From Raillietiella orientalis (Eukaryota): DNA of 64,000 bases. The notes below the pieces were generated by a model. It ran no database searches and had not been told where the DNA came from. It worked only from the letters and a program-made list of their open reading frames with translations. Both the position numbers and the translations under genes were made by a program. The stretch spans positions 620,001 through 684,000 of the forward strand of contig JAYWIR010000028.1 in NCBI GenBank assembly GCA_036172245.1. Direction: 5' to 3'. Below, piece by piece: positions 37,967 through 50,400 of the stretch; the stretch's first letter is position 1, and each line of letters starts with the position of its first letter.

Positions 37967-40900
37967 GGGCTCCCGAATGCGACCCGGGTGCTGACAAATG
38001 AGCACGAGATGGATCGGACTTATTTGCTCCCACGCAAGAACCAACCCACTGTTCGAAAAGCCCCGCGAGACTCTGTGTGCAGCATCATCGATCGCATCGT
38101 GCCCCTGCCGATCGAAGCGCCCCCTCCCCGAAGGATTCACGTGCCATCGGATGATGTTCTTCCTGGAGGGGTGGTCGCGGGTGATGCCTCCTGCGTGATG
38201 ACCTTTTCGTCGCGCTTCGCCCCCACAACCCTCGGTTCGCAGCAGCTGCACCTCGGAGTGCGTCGCCTAGTCGCCGCATCCGTTGTTAGGCGATGCGATC
38301 GATAACATCAATTCGTGAACGCGGTCGATCAGCTACTGTGCTTATCGATCCGAGATCCACGCTGCTTGGACGCCTATCATTGGGGCAGAGGGATCCTCTT
38401 GCGGGAGGGCTTTCAGCCCGTTGGAGCGGCCACGAGCAGGGACGTCCTTTGGATGACTTGATGGCCGTAGGGTACATTCCCACGGAACAGAGATCCATTC
38501 CACAGGATGGCTGTCCCGATCCCGCTGTGGATTGATTTCGGGGTGCCCCACATGAAACCACCAAGGAGAGAGTCGCGTGCTGTATCTTCGGCACTCGATC
38601 CTTCCCTTGGACCAGCGCGTGGGTCCCAGCCCTGCGAGGGAGGCGCCCGTTCCCGCTTGCCGCGGGCTCATGTGAGAGTTTTCTTGGAGCTCCCTTCATT
38701 TTGTTTTGGTTCTCCTGATGAACTCCCTAGCCTCCACTTCGTTTCCGACTCCTAGCTCCGAAGGGTTCGGAGTTCAGTCGGGGACAATCAGCATCATCTC
38801 GAGTTTTTATCTCCCTGCTCCTCCTCGGCGCGCGAGTTCGCCGTGCAGCTGCTGAGGCGACACTCCAATCTGCTGATCGCGGAAGCTTTGTTCCTTCAGG
38901 ACGCACCGGATCAAAGTTTCGGGAGCAGCAGTGCCGAACGTGATCTCTCGTTCCGGAAACTTGGGCGGGCCGATCTTCATCCCGCTGGATCTTCACCTGA
39001 TCTCAGCCTTGCTGGATTCCAGAACCGGGAGAGAAACAAGGGCGTTCGCTCTTGTCCCTCGCCTCCTTCTCCTTGAGGCCTTTCCGATCACACGGAGTCG
39101 CGCAGTCTCTTCCGACGTGCTTGGAATTGCCGCCGGGCGCTCCCCGCGTTTCCCAATCCCGGGAGCCTGGCGTTCTGGAGGAGCAGGCGCTCGTGGTGGT
39201 GACCAGGGAGTGGAAGGCACGGAGAGGCGAGGGGCGGCAGGCGAGCGCCATGAGCCGCCACCGCCGCCAGCACATGCACCTATGGCTCGTCGTTGCGCAA
39301 CACGTGCAGGTTTTATCGATCGGAGGCCGCATGGCGTATCCGTCGGCGGAGCACGGCGGCCGCGGCCGCTGGAGGTGCCCGCCAGCCGTGCCCCGACCGA
39401 CCCGCATGCTGCCGCCGCCCTACTTTTCGGAGAGCGGCGGCTCCCTCATTTCAGGTCGGCAGAGGGCCGCGCTGCGGAGAGGCAGGGACCCACTACCTAC
39501 CCCCCCTCTCCCTTTCCCCCCGTCTGCAAAGCTCATCTCCGAGCCTTCATCTGGAAGATTGTGCGGTAGCTTCAGCGGCGGTGAATGGGGGCCGGAGGGG
39601 AAACTTGCTCTGGACTCCAGTAATGGCGACGAACGCGCTCTTTGCGGGCCGCCGGGGATGTCGGAGGGGAATGTGGTGGCGCAAGGTTCCCTGACTTCCC
39701 TTGAAAGCAGGGAAGCTGTCGGCGAGTGGATAGAGCGCGCTGCGCGGCTACGAGTGCGCTTCTCGCTTTAAGGTGAGCCTCCGAGCGACAAGCACGTGAC
39801 AGAATGTCTCTCTACCAGTGCGAGAACTCGAAACGAGAGAGAGAGAGAGAGAAATGATGTGACCTCTGGACAAAGGGTCATTTATCCGCCCCCCCCCCCC
39901 CGTTTTTTTGTCCCCTCCATCTCCTTCTTCAAGGAAGGAAAGCAAGAGAGAGAAAAGTCCAAAAAGGAAATGATCGATGGGATCCGTTTCCGAATTCAGG
40001 AAGGATGCAGGGGTCCTGACGGACCCTGGCGGAGCTGGTTGCGGAAGGGTCAGCTGGTGCGCGCTTGGGAAGAAGTTGTCTCCGCCTGCCCTCGGAGGCG
40101 AGCCGCGGAGGAGGACGGAGGAGGTCCGATGGTTAGCGTTTCGCAAGAGGAGGTCGCGGAGCGAAGTAAGGCAAAAGGGAGTTTTGGTAGGGCTCTCCTG
40201 CGGAGATCAAGCATCTGTGATGCGTCGGCGTTTTTTTTTTTTTTTCTTCTTTCCTCCCCCTCTCTCCGCTCAATAAGCCTGCGCAGAAAGATGGATTCTC
40301 TGGGAAGGATACTTGGGTTCAGAGATGAGGGCCGCGCTTGGTCCAGACCAGGAAGGCCACTACGGTCCGGGGACGTCTTCCATGGCGGCCAATACCGCTC
40401 GCGAGATCACTCCCCCCTCCCCTTCCCCCCTTTTCCCCCCAATCGATCTGTTTGTTAGAGCGGCTTCCCATGACGAGGTGCCGACGATCGGAACCGCCAC
40501 AGCATCATCAGCAGCATTTGGGGGAATATCGGATGCATCCCCCCCTCACATTCCCTTGGAGTCCAAGAGCGCGGCAATTACGCCCTGAAGACTTGCGGTT
40601 CCCAGATGCGGGGGATCGATAGGAGGAGCGAGTGAGTGCGCCAGCAGATTTACTGCCTCGGAAAGTCCCAAGGCGGCTGCAGGGGTTTGCTCTTCCGGGT
40701 TAGGAAAGGGCACGGGATCCCTCCTCTCCGGAAGGAGCGGGAGAGGAAACTTGGGCGCTCCACGAACCTCCGGAGGTAGAGAAAGAGAGTTAGGAAGGGA
40801 AAGGAAGTGAGGGGGGGGAGGGTGCCGCGGACTGAGATTGCGCACATCGCGGCGAGGGTCTGCGGATCCTACTGGTTCTCGCGATGGATCCAGGACGTTT

Positions 40901-41660
40901 CAGGAAGTTCAGGAGAACTGCTTTCGTAAGAGGGGTCTGCAAAGACCGCTTCCACGGATACCCCTTCCCTCCGGAGGGCACGCCTCCGGTAGCAGGAGGG
41001 AGCAGTGCGGGGGTCGAAGGCAGCAGCGGAAGCGGCAGCTTTGGCCGAGCAAACTCTTCAGGAAGATTCTTCCGCGGGTGTTCAACTTCGCAGCTTCCAC
41101 ATAGGCGATCCGCTTCTGATTCACCAGCGAGCAATCCTCCCTTGTCTCCTTTTCCCCTCCCCCTTTCCGCAGCTCTCTCTCTCTCTCTCTGCGTGACCTT
41201 TCCTTTGCTGTGTGTTCCGCGGGGGCCTCCCCATTGATTTTTACTGTGGGGAGGAGGATGCTTTTCCTAGGGAAGCAGCTGGCTCGTTTGCTTCCGGGAT
41301 GCGGCGGGCCGGACGAGCGAGGGGGAGGAGCGGAGACGCTCCAGACGAAGTGGATCGCAGTTTCCCGAAACGACGATCCAGCGGCTCCCGAGGCGGATGA
41401 TGCGAGCTCCGTGACAGATCGATCCGAAGACCGGGGCGGGGAGTGAAAAAGACGCTCAAGAAGGGAAGTGCTCAGCGGCTGAATCCCAGATCGCGCGAAT
41501 GCGAGCAGGACAGCTCGCAACGATCTTTTTTTTCCTCTTCTTCTCCTCAGTGATCTGCAGATCTTCCCAAGAAACGCTGCGCGGGTGGAAAGGAGGTGTG
41601 TGCGGCGGTGCTGGAAGCCCGGGGCTCCATCAACTGAAACACGAGAAGGAGGTCGCATAG
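37967..41660 (+). other. Tentative multi-exon transcription unit of unknown function, divergent from the BTB-ZF gene
   Basis: GC-rich block with pyrimidine-tract/AG acceptors near 37966, 38755, 40277, 40458, 41270 and 41550 and protein-like open segments (e.g. REFAVQLLRRHSNLLIAEALFLQ). No complete model or domain could be built. Confidence 0.2.
39834..39852. repeat. (GA)n microsatellite
   Basis: Directly visible. Confidence 0.85.
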
Positions 41661-43199
41661 CGCAAGTGTTGGAGGTTGCGTTCTGGGCAAGGGGAGGCCT
41701 TCCTTTCCCCTGTGCGAGGGACTCACCAGAGCTGTCCGACCCTTAGACGACTCGAACGATGGGCGACGCCACGGACAGGCTGCCTCGAAGATCGCGCGGA
41801 GTGAAGATTCAGACTTGACGGATTCCGAAAAAAGGATTGCACAGGCCACAAGGGTAGGGACGAGCGCCTCCGGCGATTGTGTGATTCCGGACCTCAGAGA
41901 AGGCTACTCGAACCTATTGGAGAGGAGGAGGAGAAGAAGGCCAAAACCAACCCGATGTTCCGGGGACAGACGACAGACTCGCCGGACGCAGACCGGAAGA
42001 GCAGAAATTCTAGAGGAGACTCCCTTCTGCCACCTGTACCATCGGCGCTCAGGGGGGAGCGCGAGAAGATGGCAGAGTAGGGGATTTCCCGCCACTTCCT
42101 CAATCGATCCGTCCTCTCCGTCGAATGTCCCGGGCGAGGCTGCGGCTCCGGGAGCTGCTCGGTCGCTCCGGTGGCACGTTATGTGTTCCCGGCATTCTCC
42201 CCGGGATCTTTTTTCATCTTATCGAGCCGAGGAGGAATGCACAGCAACGCGCGAAGAAACAGACCTGAGGGGTTTCGAGCTTCCTCAGACAGCTCGTTCG
42301 GTGCCACCTCGCTGCGTGTGGAGCGGCTGACGGCGTCCCATCCGATGTCCCGGTGGATGGGACGCGATGTTTCCGGGGACCGTTTTGCCGCTCAGGTGGT
42401 ATCGGCTCGCCTCTGCGGGATGTCCAGATTCTCTCCGGGACCTCATCGTCGGCCGGCGCCCACGCGCGCCGAGAGATCGGATCCCACCCGCGTCTCTCGC
42501 TCACGCCATCCCTGTCCAGATGTTCTCCGCGTGTGGCTCAGGAATGCTCATCTCTTTCTCCGCTGAACGACAGCCGATGTTGCCGTTGCGGGCTTCCTGT
42601 TGGAGGCCGAGAACAGAGCCCTCAGGCTTTCCTCTGCTCCCTTTCGAGCCCCGCTCCGCCCCTCGAGTCCTTTGGGTGGCAAGGGACGGCACCATCTCTT
42701 TGCGCTGGAACACGACGGCTAGGAGTGCACCCCGAGGCGAAGTGGGTCAGAAGCCACCATGCCCGGACATTTTACCGAGTATCCCTCTTGAATGCGGGCT
42801 ACTCGTTCGTCGCGCGTTTCCGTGGCCGCGGTTGCGCTGCGGATGGGACCGAGGTGCCTGCCCAAGGCACTCACCTCCTGCGAAATCCGGTGCACTTCGC
42901 CTGTGGTTCGCGAGGATCGCCCAGTCAGCATAGTGGACAGCAAGCGTTCTTCATGAAACAGGAAATGGAGCGAGTGCGTTGCCCACCTCGCTGCTACCGT
43001 GGAAGGGAATCCTTCCTTGATCTCTTGTAGTGTCACTCCTTGCCACAGGCACTTTCGCAGCAAGCCACTTCGCGATCTCTGCGAGCACTGACATCTAGAG
43101 GCTAGTCGCCGTTAGGCTTACCATGTTTTATCCTCCTTCTCCTCGAAAAGACGGACCTTCAAGTATCAAGAGGAAAGGTGTGTTTCTCATCGGGGCTCA

Positions 43200-44000
43200 G
43201 AGTTCTGAAAGATCACTGACAATCTTCAGTGAATCTTGCAGACTGGGGAATTGAGCGGAGGAACCATTTCAAGGATCAGAGGTTTGGTTGAAGGGAAATA
43301 GAGGTCACGCAGGCCGTACCTCCGGTAAGACCTGCGACAACCTATTCAGAAGAACTAAATACCAGTATGGAAATGTGATAACCTTGGAGTTTGCTGATTG
43401 GCACCTTTCTATAAGATGCATCGACCTTTGACGTTGCCAATGAAGAGTTGACTCATCATCTCAGGATGAAGGTAATCCCCAGACAGCAGATAAGACGGCT
43501 ACTTGTTCCCAACTAACGCGGGAAAGCAGGACTCTCGAGATTCCTTCTTGAGAAGGAATTGTAGAAGACCCAGTGAAGGTTTCATCAGAAGATACGAAAA
43601 TGATCTGGAAAGATCGAAGGCACCAATAATCGAGCCCTTCCTACGAAAATGCAGCCTTCTTTTATTTCGAAGCATTGGATTCTTGATGTCTGCTTCAGCT
43701 ACTAAGTTCGTGATGCTGGAATCACTAAACACCTATTTTGAATTAATCTCACATAGCTCTTGCTCTCTCCTTCCCTTGTAATAAGCAGTCTGCCATGGAC
43801 AGGATATCTTCCTTTCGAGAATTTCCTTCTGGGAATTTTCCTCCGCTTCTTCCAGATAGATTCCTGATGACTACAGAGCCCCGGCTGTGCCCGGTCCTGC
43901 TTATTTCTGCGCGGCAGCGAACCGAGTGTTTTCTCCCTTTTGGGGGAGGAGATGAGGAAAGGAGGCCATTGGCTACAATTTTCTTCTTCTTCGCCTCCGT
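43200..44000 (-). mobile_element. Decayed non-LTR ORF2/RT remnant
   Basis: SSITNLV...SIIGAFDLSRSF resembles ST.T.L...AVF.DLSKAFD, preceded by a linker-like segment. Confidence 0.35.
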
Positions 44001-44699
44001 CTTACCAAATCACTTCTCCGACGGACCTAGAAAACCGAGATCCCGACAGATTCTAAACAGAGCCGCAACGGAAAGGTCTTCAGTGCGCTCGTTTCGAAGA
44101 TTTTCCATCTGCTTGCTTCTCTAGGAGCCAGAAAAAAGCTCAATGGAAACAGAGAGCCGCACTGGTTTCCATGGCCGCATCTAGCCCCTGGTCTCGGAAA
44201 TCAGAAGGACCTGGCACTTCAGGTTTGCCAACTCCCCTTCTGATCAGCTGCTGAGGGACGACGGAATCATCCCAGTAAACTCCAGTTGCTTCTCCAGTTG
44301 ATTCCATCTTCCCGACGTCGCCAACGAGCACGTTTGCCTTCGGGTGAGCTCCTACGCTCGACTCCCTATGTCTTCGACTGCCAACAGAGCAGCAGCTGAA
44401 GGGCTGTTAAAGGGGGAAAGGAGGCACATCGTGATCACCGAGTCATCTTTAGAGTGCGAGCCAAGTGAGGGAGCGGCATGCATCTTTTCCACAGGAAGGT
44501 GGAACTCTTTTTCCATTTTTCGTGAAACTATGATGGCGATCGTAATCACACCGCTGCCGGCGCTGACTCTGACGCCAACAACGATAATGACAGTGAAGTC
44601 ATGACGGCAAGGGAAAAGAGCTGCATTTTAGCAACGTCTGTCGAGATGTGATCTGCATCTGTGCTAAAAAGTCAGTCCACTAGAAGCAGGGATGCTCTA

Positions 44700-45200
44700 G
44701 AGCTTTCCTGCAAATCCAGATCATTAGGGATCGCATTGTTTTGTCAACAGAGCAAGATGAAAATCCATCTTGAAGTCTTCAGGACTGAGACAGAGCTTTT
44801 GAACAAAAGACGTCGATTAAGGGAACCTTGAATCTAAGTCCTTCTAATGCACTCATGACAAGGACTCGCTGTCGACAAAGAGAAGTTGGTAGCATTGCGC
44901 ACGATTCAAGCCAACTGCCTTTAAGAGCAAAGATAGAAAAACGCTTGATCGCCGTTGAAGAGTGGTACCCGATCGTTCTTCAAGGATGCATTCTTGTATT
45001 TGGCGCGTTGTGTCCTTGAGACACCGTGTCCTCAAATTAATAAATGCAAGTTGCCATCCGCTCTGCTCCTGGATGAGGAAACGCATCCCGGAGCGCCTGT
45101 ATCCGGCAAAACTCCCAACCTGGATACGATGGTGCCATTGCACCTGGAAAGCATATCCGTCAAATCTCAGCAAGGCCTTGAGGGAACACATTGCGGAACA
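44700..45200 (+). mobile_element. Decayed L1/Tx1-like post-RT remnant
   Basis: RSLGI and KIEKRLIAVEEWYPIVLQGCILV resemble YLGI and KI..RL..W...LS..G...L. Confidence 0.25.
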
Positions 45201-47219
45201 CACGTCTCTTGTGTGCACATTGAATGTGTTTTTTTATTTTTTTTTGCATTAACGTGGTGTGTGCTCGTTCGTCGCAGCTTTTTCTTCATTTCATTTCTTC
45301 GCCATTACTTCATATACAATTCCCAAACTATGAAGATGGATTCTCCAGACAACATCTTTTTCAAATCTCATCTTACTGCCACCCTTTCAACTCTCCCAAG
45401 ACACTAGTTCTAAAGGGTCTTTTCGTCCCTTGAATCCATTATAGATTTTCCACTGTAACATTGAGTTCAAAATTACAAAACAAGACAACGTTGCCCAATA
45501 CGATCTTTCGTCCATTCCTTAACATACCAGAGAGCAGATTGGAAAAAAAAGGGAGGGGGGAGGGGAAACAGGAATGAAGGATACAAGGACAAACTTCTTT
45601 CGAAAAAATAGAAAAAAGCGGAGGCTTAGAATCTTTCTCGTGGTGATGGAAGATCTGCCGAACGGTTGCTTTTGCTCGTTGAGTTGAATTTTGCGTCTCT
45701 CGCGAGCAGAGAGACGCAGTAGGTTTCAAGCGCAACGCTTCCCCTCCACACTTCGACGTCTTCCTATGGCGGGGGATGCACGTAGACGTCCAAAGCAGCG
45801 GAGAAGAGACACATCCATGGTAAGTGCCTGCGGGATGCTTCCCGAAAGTTTTCCCCGGAAGTAGGCCACTTCTCGAGAGGAGACTCCAACAGCACGCCAC
45901 GAACGCTAGCGGAAGAGCGCCATCTCTCGGAGTTCGAATTCGTGAAAACTGCCTCGGCCTCGCACTGAACCGGAGAAGTGGGCAGACTCGACGTAGCATA
46001 CCAACGAAGAGCTGCCTTGTCAGTTCCCTGTTGCTCTAAATGGCATTGGAACAGTGCTCAAGGAACTCTTGAAGATGAGTCTGCTTTATTCGCGTGAAAA
46101 CGGTCCTCTAGTGATGCTCTGCTGCAAACAACACGGAACTGATGCTGTCAAACTCGAACATTCAGCTATCTGCACGAAGCCAATGAGCCATCCCTATCCA
46201 AATTACAGCGCTCTCACCTCCGGGAATTTTTGCTTTTAGCTGCTCAAACACTCACTTTCCTTCCCTGGAACTCTGGAAGCCTCGCGAGTTGTGGAGGAAC
46301 TCATTCTGACTCGAGCTATTCCAATCTGTCTCCACGTCGAAACCGATTTACCGGGTTTGTTAAGTGCAAAAAGCATCAGAGACTTGTTAAGAGGGATGAT
46401 CCCCTGATTCTAAGAATCCTCTGGGGTGATGGCTGCACGTACAAAATGATCCGGAATAACGAAGAGCACACTTTCATGTTTTTCCTGTTACGCGGATTTG
46501 TGTGGTCCATGTTGCAATCGCCGATCCTCGTCGCGTAGCCCATTCGTTATGGAATACTTTTGAATCTCTGCCTTGAGGTCACAAAGTGTTGCAGAAAATT
46601 CCAGGAATGGCACATATCAAGGTTTATTTTAGTACTTTAGGACACAATACTGTGTTCTTCACAAATCCCTTCATCCCGTCTCACCGTTCCAGCTTGTGCT
46701 GTACCAATCTGTTTCACCACACCGGCAGGAGGGGCACTGAAACTCTTCCTCAAATGACGAGAACTCAGCAGACATTGCCCTACCGGTGGTGACATGGGTA
46801 AATAATTCTACTAAACGATATTATGGACGGAGCGGCTAGCTAGCTCAAGTCCTCATACGTCTGCGGGGATCACCAAATCCAGAGGGATTTTACCATTCCG
46901 AGGATCCCAGGGTCTCCGCGAACCTACAACTAGGATGCTGGCAGGAGCTTGAAGTGGAGAGACAGAGACCCACATCCCCCTATTTCCTCTCTTCCTCACG
47001 TACCCTTCATGAGCGCCTGTGTCCTGTTTTCAAAGGGACAGCAGACGCTCAGAATGAACTGCTGTGTCTCCGAATGGGGATTTTGCGTTCGAATTCCCTC
47101 AAGAGCAAGTCCGAGCGGAATTTCCTCGATCCTTCATTCCTCCATCTCTCAACGTCCGGAGGTCCGCCTTCTTGGTCTCGTCCACTAGCACTTCAAGTCT
47201 CTCGGTGTACAGATGGGAG

Positions 47220-47480
47220 CGCCATCTGGTGAATGTACGACTGTCACCGCCAAACTTGCAGCTTCGAAAGTTTGCGTTCCTTCGCATGCTTATTTGCCGA
47301 TTAGTCTTGGTACATTTGTCGAGGCCGTGGTTGCAGCGAAACGCCAAGTTCTCCGAAGGAAGAAAGATTCTCTTTGCCTCTCTCCTTCTGCGCGGTATCT
47401 CGTCTGTTTGGCTGATAGTTCTTGCCTTCCTTTCCAGTAAGAATGCATCGTTTTCTCCCTTGCCAGCCCCATACCTATTC
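47220..47480 (+). mobile_element. Decayed L1/Tx1-like RT remnant
   Basis: RKFAFLRMLICRL...NAKFSEGRKILFASLLLRGI resembles K...K.L..RL...Q..F..GR.I....L...I. Confidence 0.35.
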
Positions 47481-50400
47481 TAAACTTGTTGGCTTAGAAG
47501 TGCCAGAGGTTCTGGACTACAGAGCATTTCAGGAAGTCCAAGCCAAGGGAGCCTAACCCCGACGTTGGAGCTGCTTAATTGCACTGACTGAGGGAAATAT
47601 TCGTTTGAGGTCATTTGAGGTTATTTCTGCTGATGTGAGGTCTGAATTCAAATTTTATTCGAGAGAGGATGCCGTCCTGGAATCGTCTTGCATTCTGTTT
47701 TCCTCTTACCTCACTCTCTGGTATATTCCTTCAGCAAAAGCTTCAAGCTTCCTCTTGCATCAAAACGGTCAGAACGTGCTCTTCAGATCTGGCCTCAGCA
47801 GTTAATTCTGAAGTTAATTCTCACTCCATCTTTATCTCCATTCTTCTATCCAACGTTCGAGCCCCCTGGCCACATAATGCGTCGCAGAAGCACCAGGGTA
47901 GGAAGGGAAACGTGGATCTGTCTCACTTCACGTCCATCTGGTCCCCAATGCTGCTCTGCTCTGAAGGGAGAGTTCCATCCCACTCTTCTGAGTTCTAGAA
48001 TTGCGGATCCTCAGAGTTAAAAAGGTTCGGAAAGTGGACGAATCATGGAAAGCATGAAATCATAAGACCGAGCGCGCTTGGATTGGCGCCAAGGGCTTTG
48101 AATTCTAAACGGAACCGATCTATAAACTCATTGCGCCTTGCAGCCTGAAACTGTGGTCCAGCTTCCTCATCCAGCTTGGTTGCAGGAGATTCTGAGCATT
48201 CGAATTTTCGGCAAATACCGGACTCTCAAATATGGAGCTTTCAACTTACACCTGGAGCTTCATCTAGGTCAGGCAGTTCCACGAACCACGGTTTCTCTAT
48301 GCTTCTTAGCGGAGCTGAACTCTGGTTGTGCCAGGTCTGAAGAGAGAACTGATCTCAGGTGGCAGCAGTATTTCGGTCTGATCCCTTTGCTCTTTTCGTT
48401 TTTTTCTTTCTCTGCCTCCAAATGCAATACCGTCTTCTGGCTTTCTCGGAAGAGGCATCTTCAGCCATGAATTTACTGAGAAAGGAAAAAATTAACATCC
48501 CATGACATGGCTATAACAAGCACAGTGTTTGAGTGCATAGAAGTAATAAGCATTGATCATACATTTATGGTAAAATCTGTGGAAGTTCCTAACGCAATAT
48601 GAGAGACCAACTCCTCGAGCTGGGAACAGCATGAGACAGACTCAGGGGAGAAAAGGCAGGCGCAGAGCTCCCAATGTGCCTCGGCAAGGGGATGCTGGGC
48701 CGAAAAACAGGAAAGTACTTGAAAAATTCTTGCCACGAGAGAAATGGAGAAAAGTCACGGGGAACTTCGCATCACAGTAATCACAAACCGGATGTTACTC
48801 AAGGTCACACAATCAACAACCCTGTTTGCTTCTGACGGAAACGAGAACGGGTTGAAGGAAGATCATCACACAATGTTTGCGTGGAAGTCATGCAGGAAAC
48901 TTTAAGAACCGTAAATAGATAGGAGTGAAGGCATAGAACGGAATGAATGCAACGCAAAATGCATTTTCTATCCTGCAGAGGAGAAATATCATTTTTTTTC
49001 CCGCCTGTTTCAGTAGCAGTATCTATAGGAGTAGGGCACAGCTCGCACCTCTGAGGAAAGGAACCACCTCGCTGCAGAGCAGAGAGTGCTGGCTGGAAAG
49101 GGCTTCAACCAAGGAGGACGTGTGAAGTGTTTCTTGAAGTTTAATAGTGTGGAGGATGTGTCATACCGATGTCAAGCAGGGTATGAAGTTCACACGAGCG
49201 GAGATGATGAAGGAAGTGTTCTTACGTCAGCAGCAGTTGATGCAAGAACTCTGGCTGCGTTTAACTGTTAGAGACAATCACAGAGCATGTAAGAACTGAC
49301 GGCTTGAGGAGTAAACAAGGCTGCTCGTAAGACTAAATGGAAAGACTGCTTGCAGTCTCGGAATCTTCAGCGATGAAGGGCAATATTTACGTCTGCTCAA
49401 CATCATCACTAGACAAAAAAAAAAATACGAGAACTCGAGGCAGAAGGTTGGTGTTCCGCTCGAAACGCGTCTCTTCGATTCTACTTCCACTTTCTCGGTT
49501 TCGTCTTCAATCTGATAGTCATAGCAATCAACTGGAAATAATTCTCTCAGGCTCCCGGTCCCTGTTTCCATGAACCACGAAGTCACACAATAAGAATGTA
49601 AATTCATGCATTGACTAAGAGCAAATATCAATCTAAACACCGCTGCTCTCCATAACCGATTCGATCTCCATCCTGTACTTAACAACGAAATATCCAACGT
49701 CTGCATCGCCCTATTCAACTGCATCTTACCTGTAATTCTATCTGACCCCATGACGAGAACCAACCACCGTTCATCCTTCTATTTTCGAAGACAGGATGAA
49801 AACGCACGAATGAAATTCACACTGGATCGAAAGTTCAATGGGCTGATGGCCAGTCAACGGGCTCATTCGATTCCGGGTCTAAATTGAAATTCCTTCCTCA
49901 TGGAATGCATACTTTGAGCCAGAGATATGAGAATATTCCCAATGATTGCAACGATCACCTCCTGGGAGATTGAACATGAACTCCACCTGCAAGGTTCCCT
50001 TCAGCTTTTAAGGATCTTTTTTTTTTTTTTTTTCTTTTCTGGCACCATTTCCACAACTTGTTGTGGTGCTGAAAGGAATCCAAGGGAGTGTCAGTTCGTT
50101 TCACCTCACCAACAAGGAGCAAAGAAATCGGAGAGAGGATAAGCGGCCCAAGAGGAAAAACACATTCCTGTGAAGCTCTTCTTCGCCAATTAGCATTTTG
50201 TGAGCACTGGGAAGAATCCCGGAACGATTTCCTGTTCGAATTTCGATTACTCCCGGACATAAATCAATGCGACCAAATAATTGTTTACGATTGCGCTGCG
50301 GGCACTCGGAGAGAATGTGACCTAAGATGGATCTTTGCGCTTACGAATCGCCACCGGCTCTGCTACAAACACGAACAGGGCTGCGCGAGTGACCATCACC

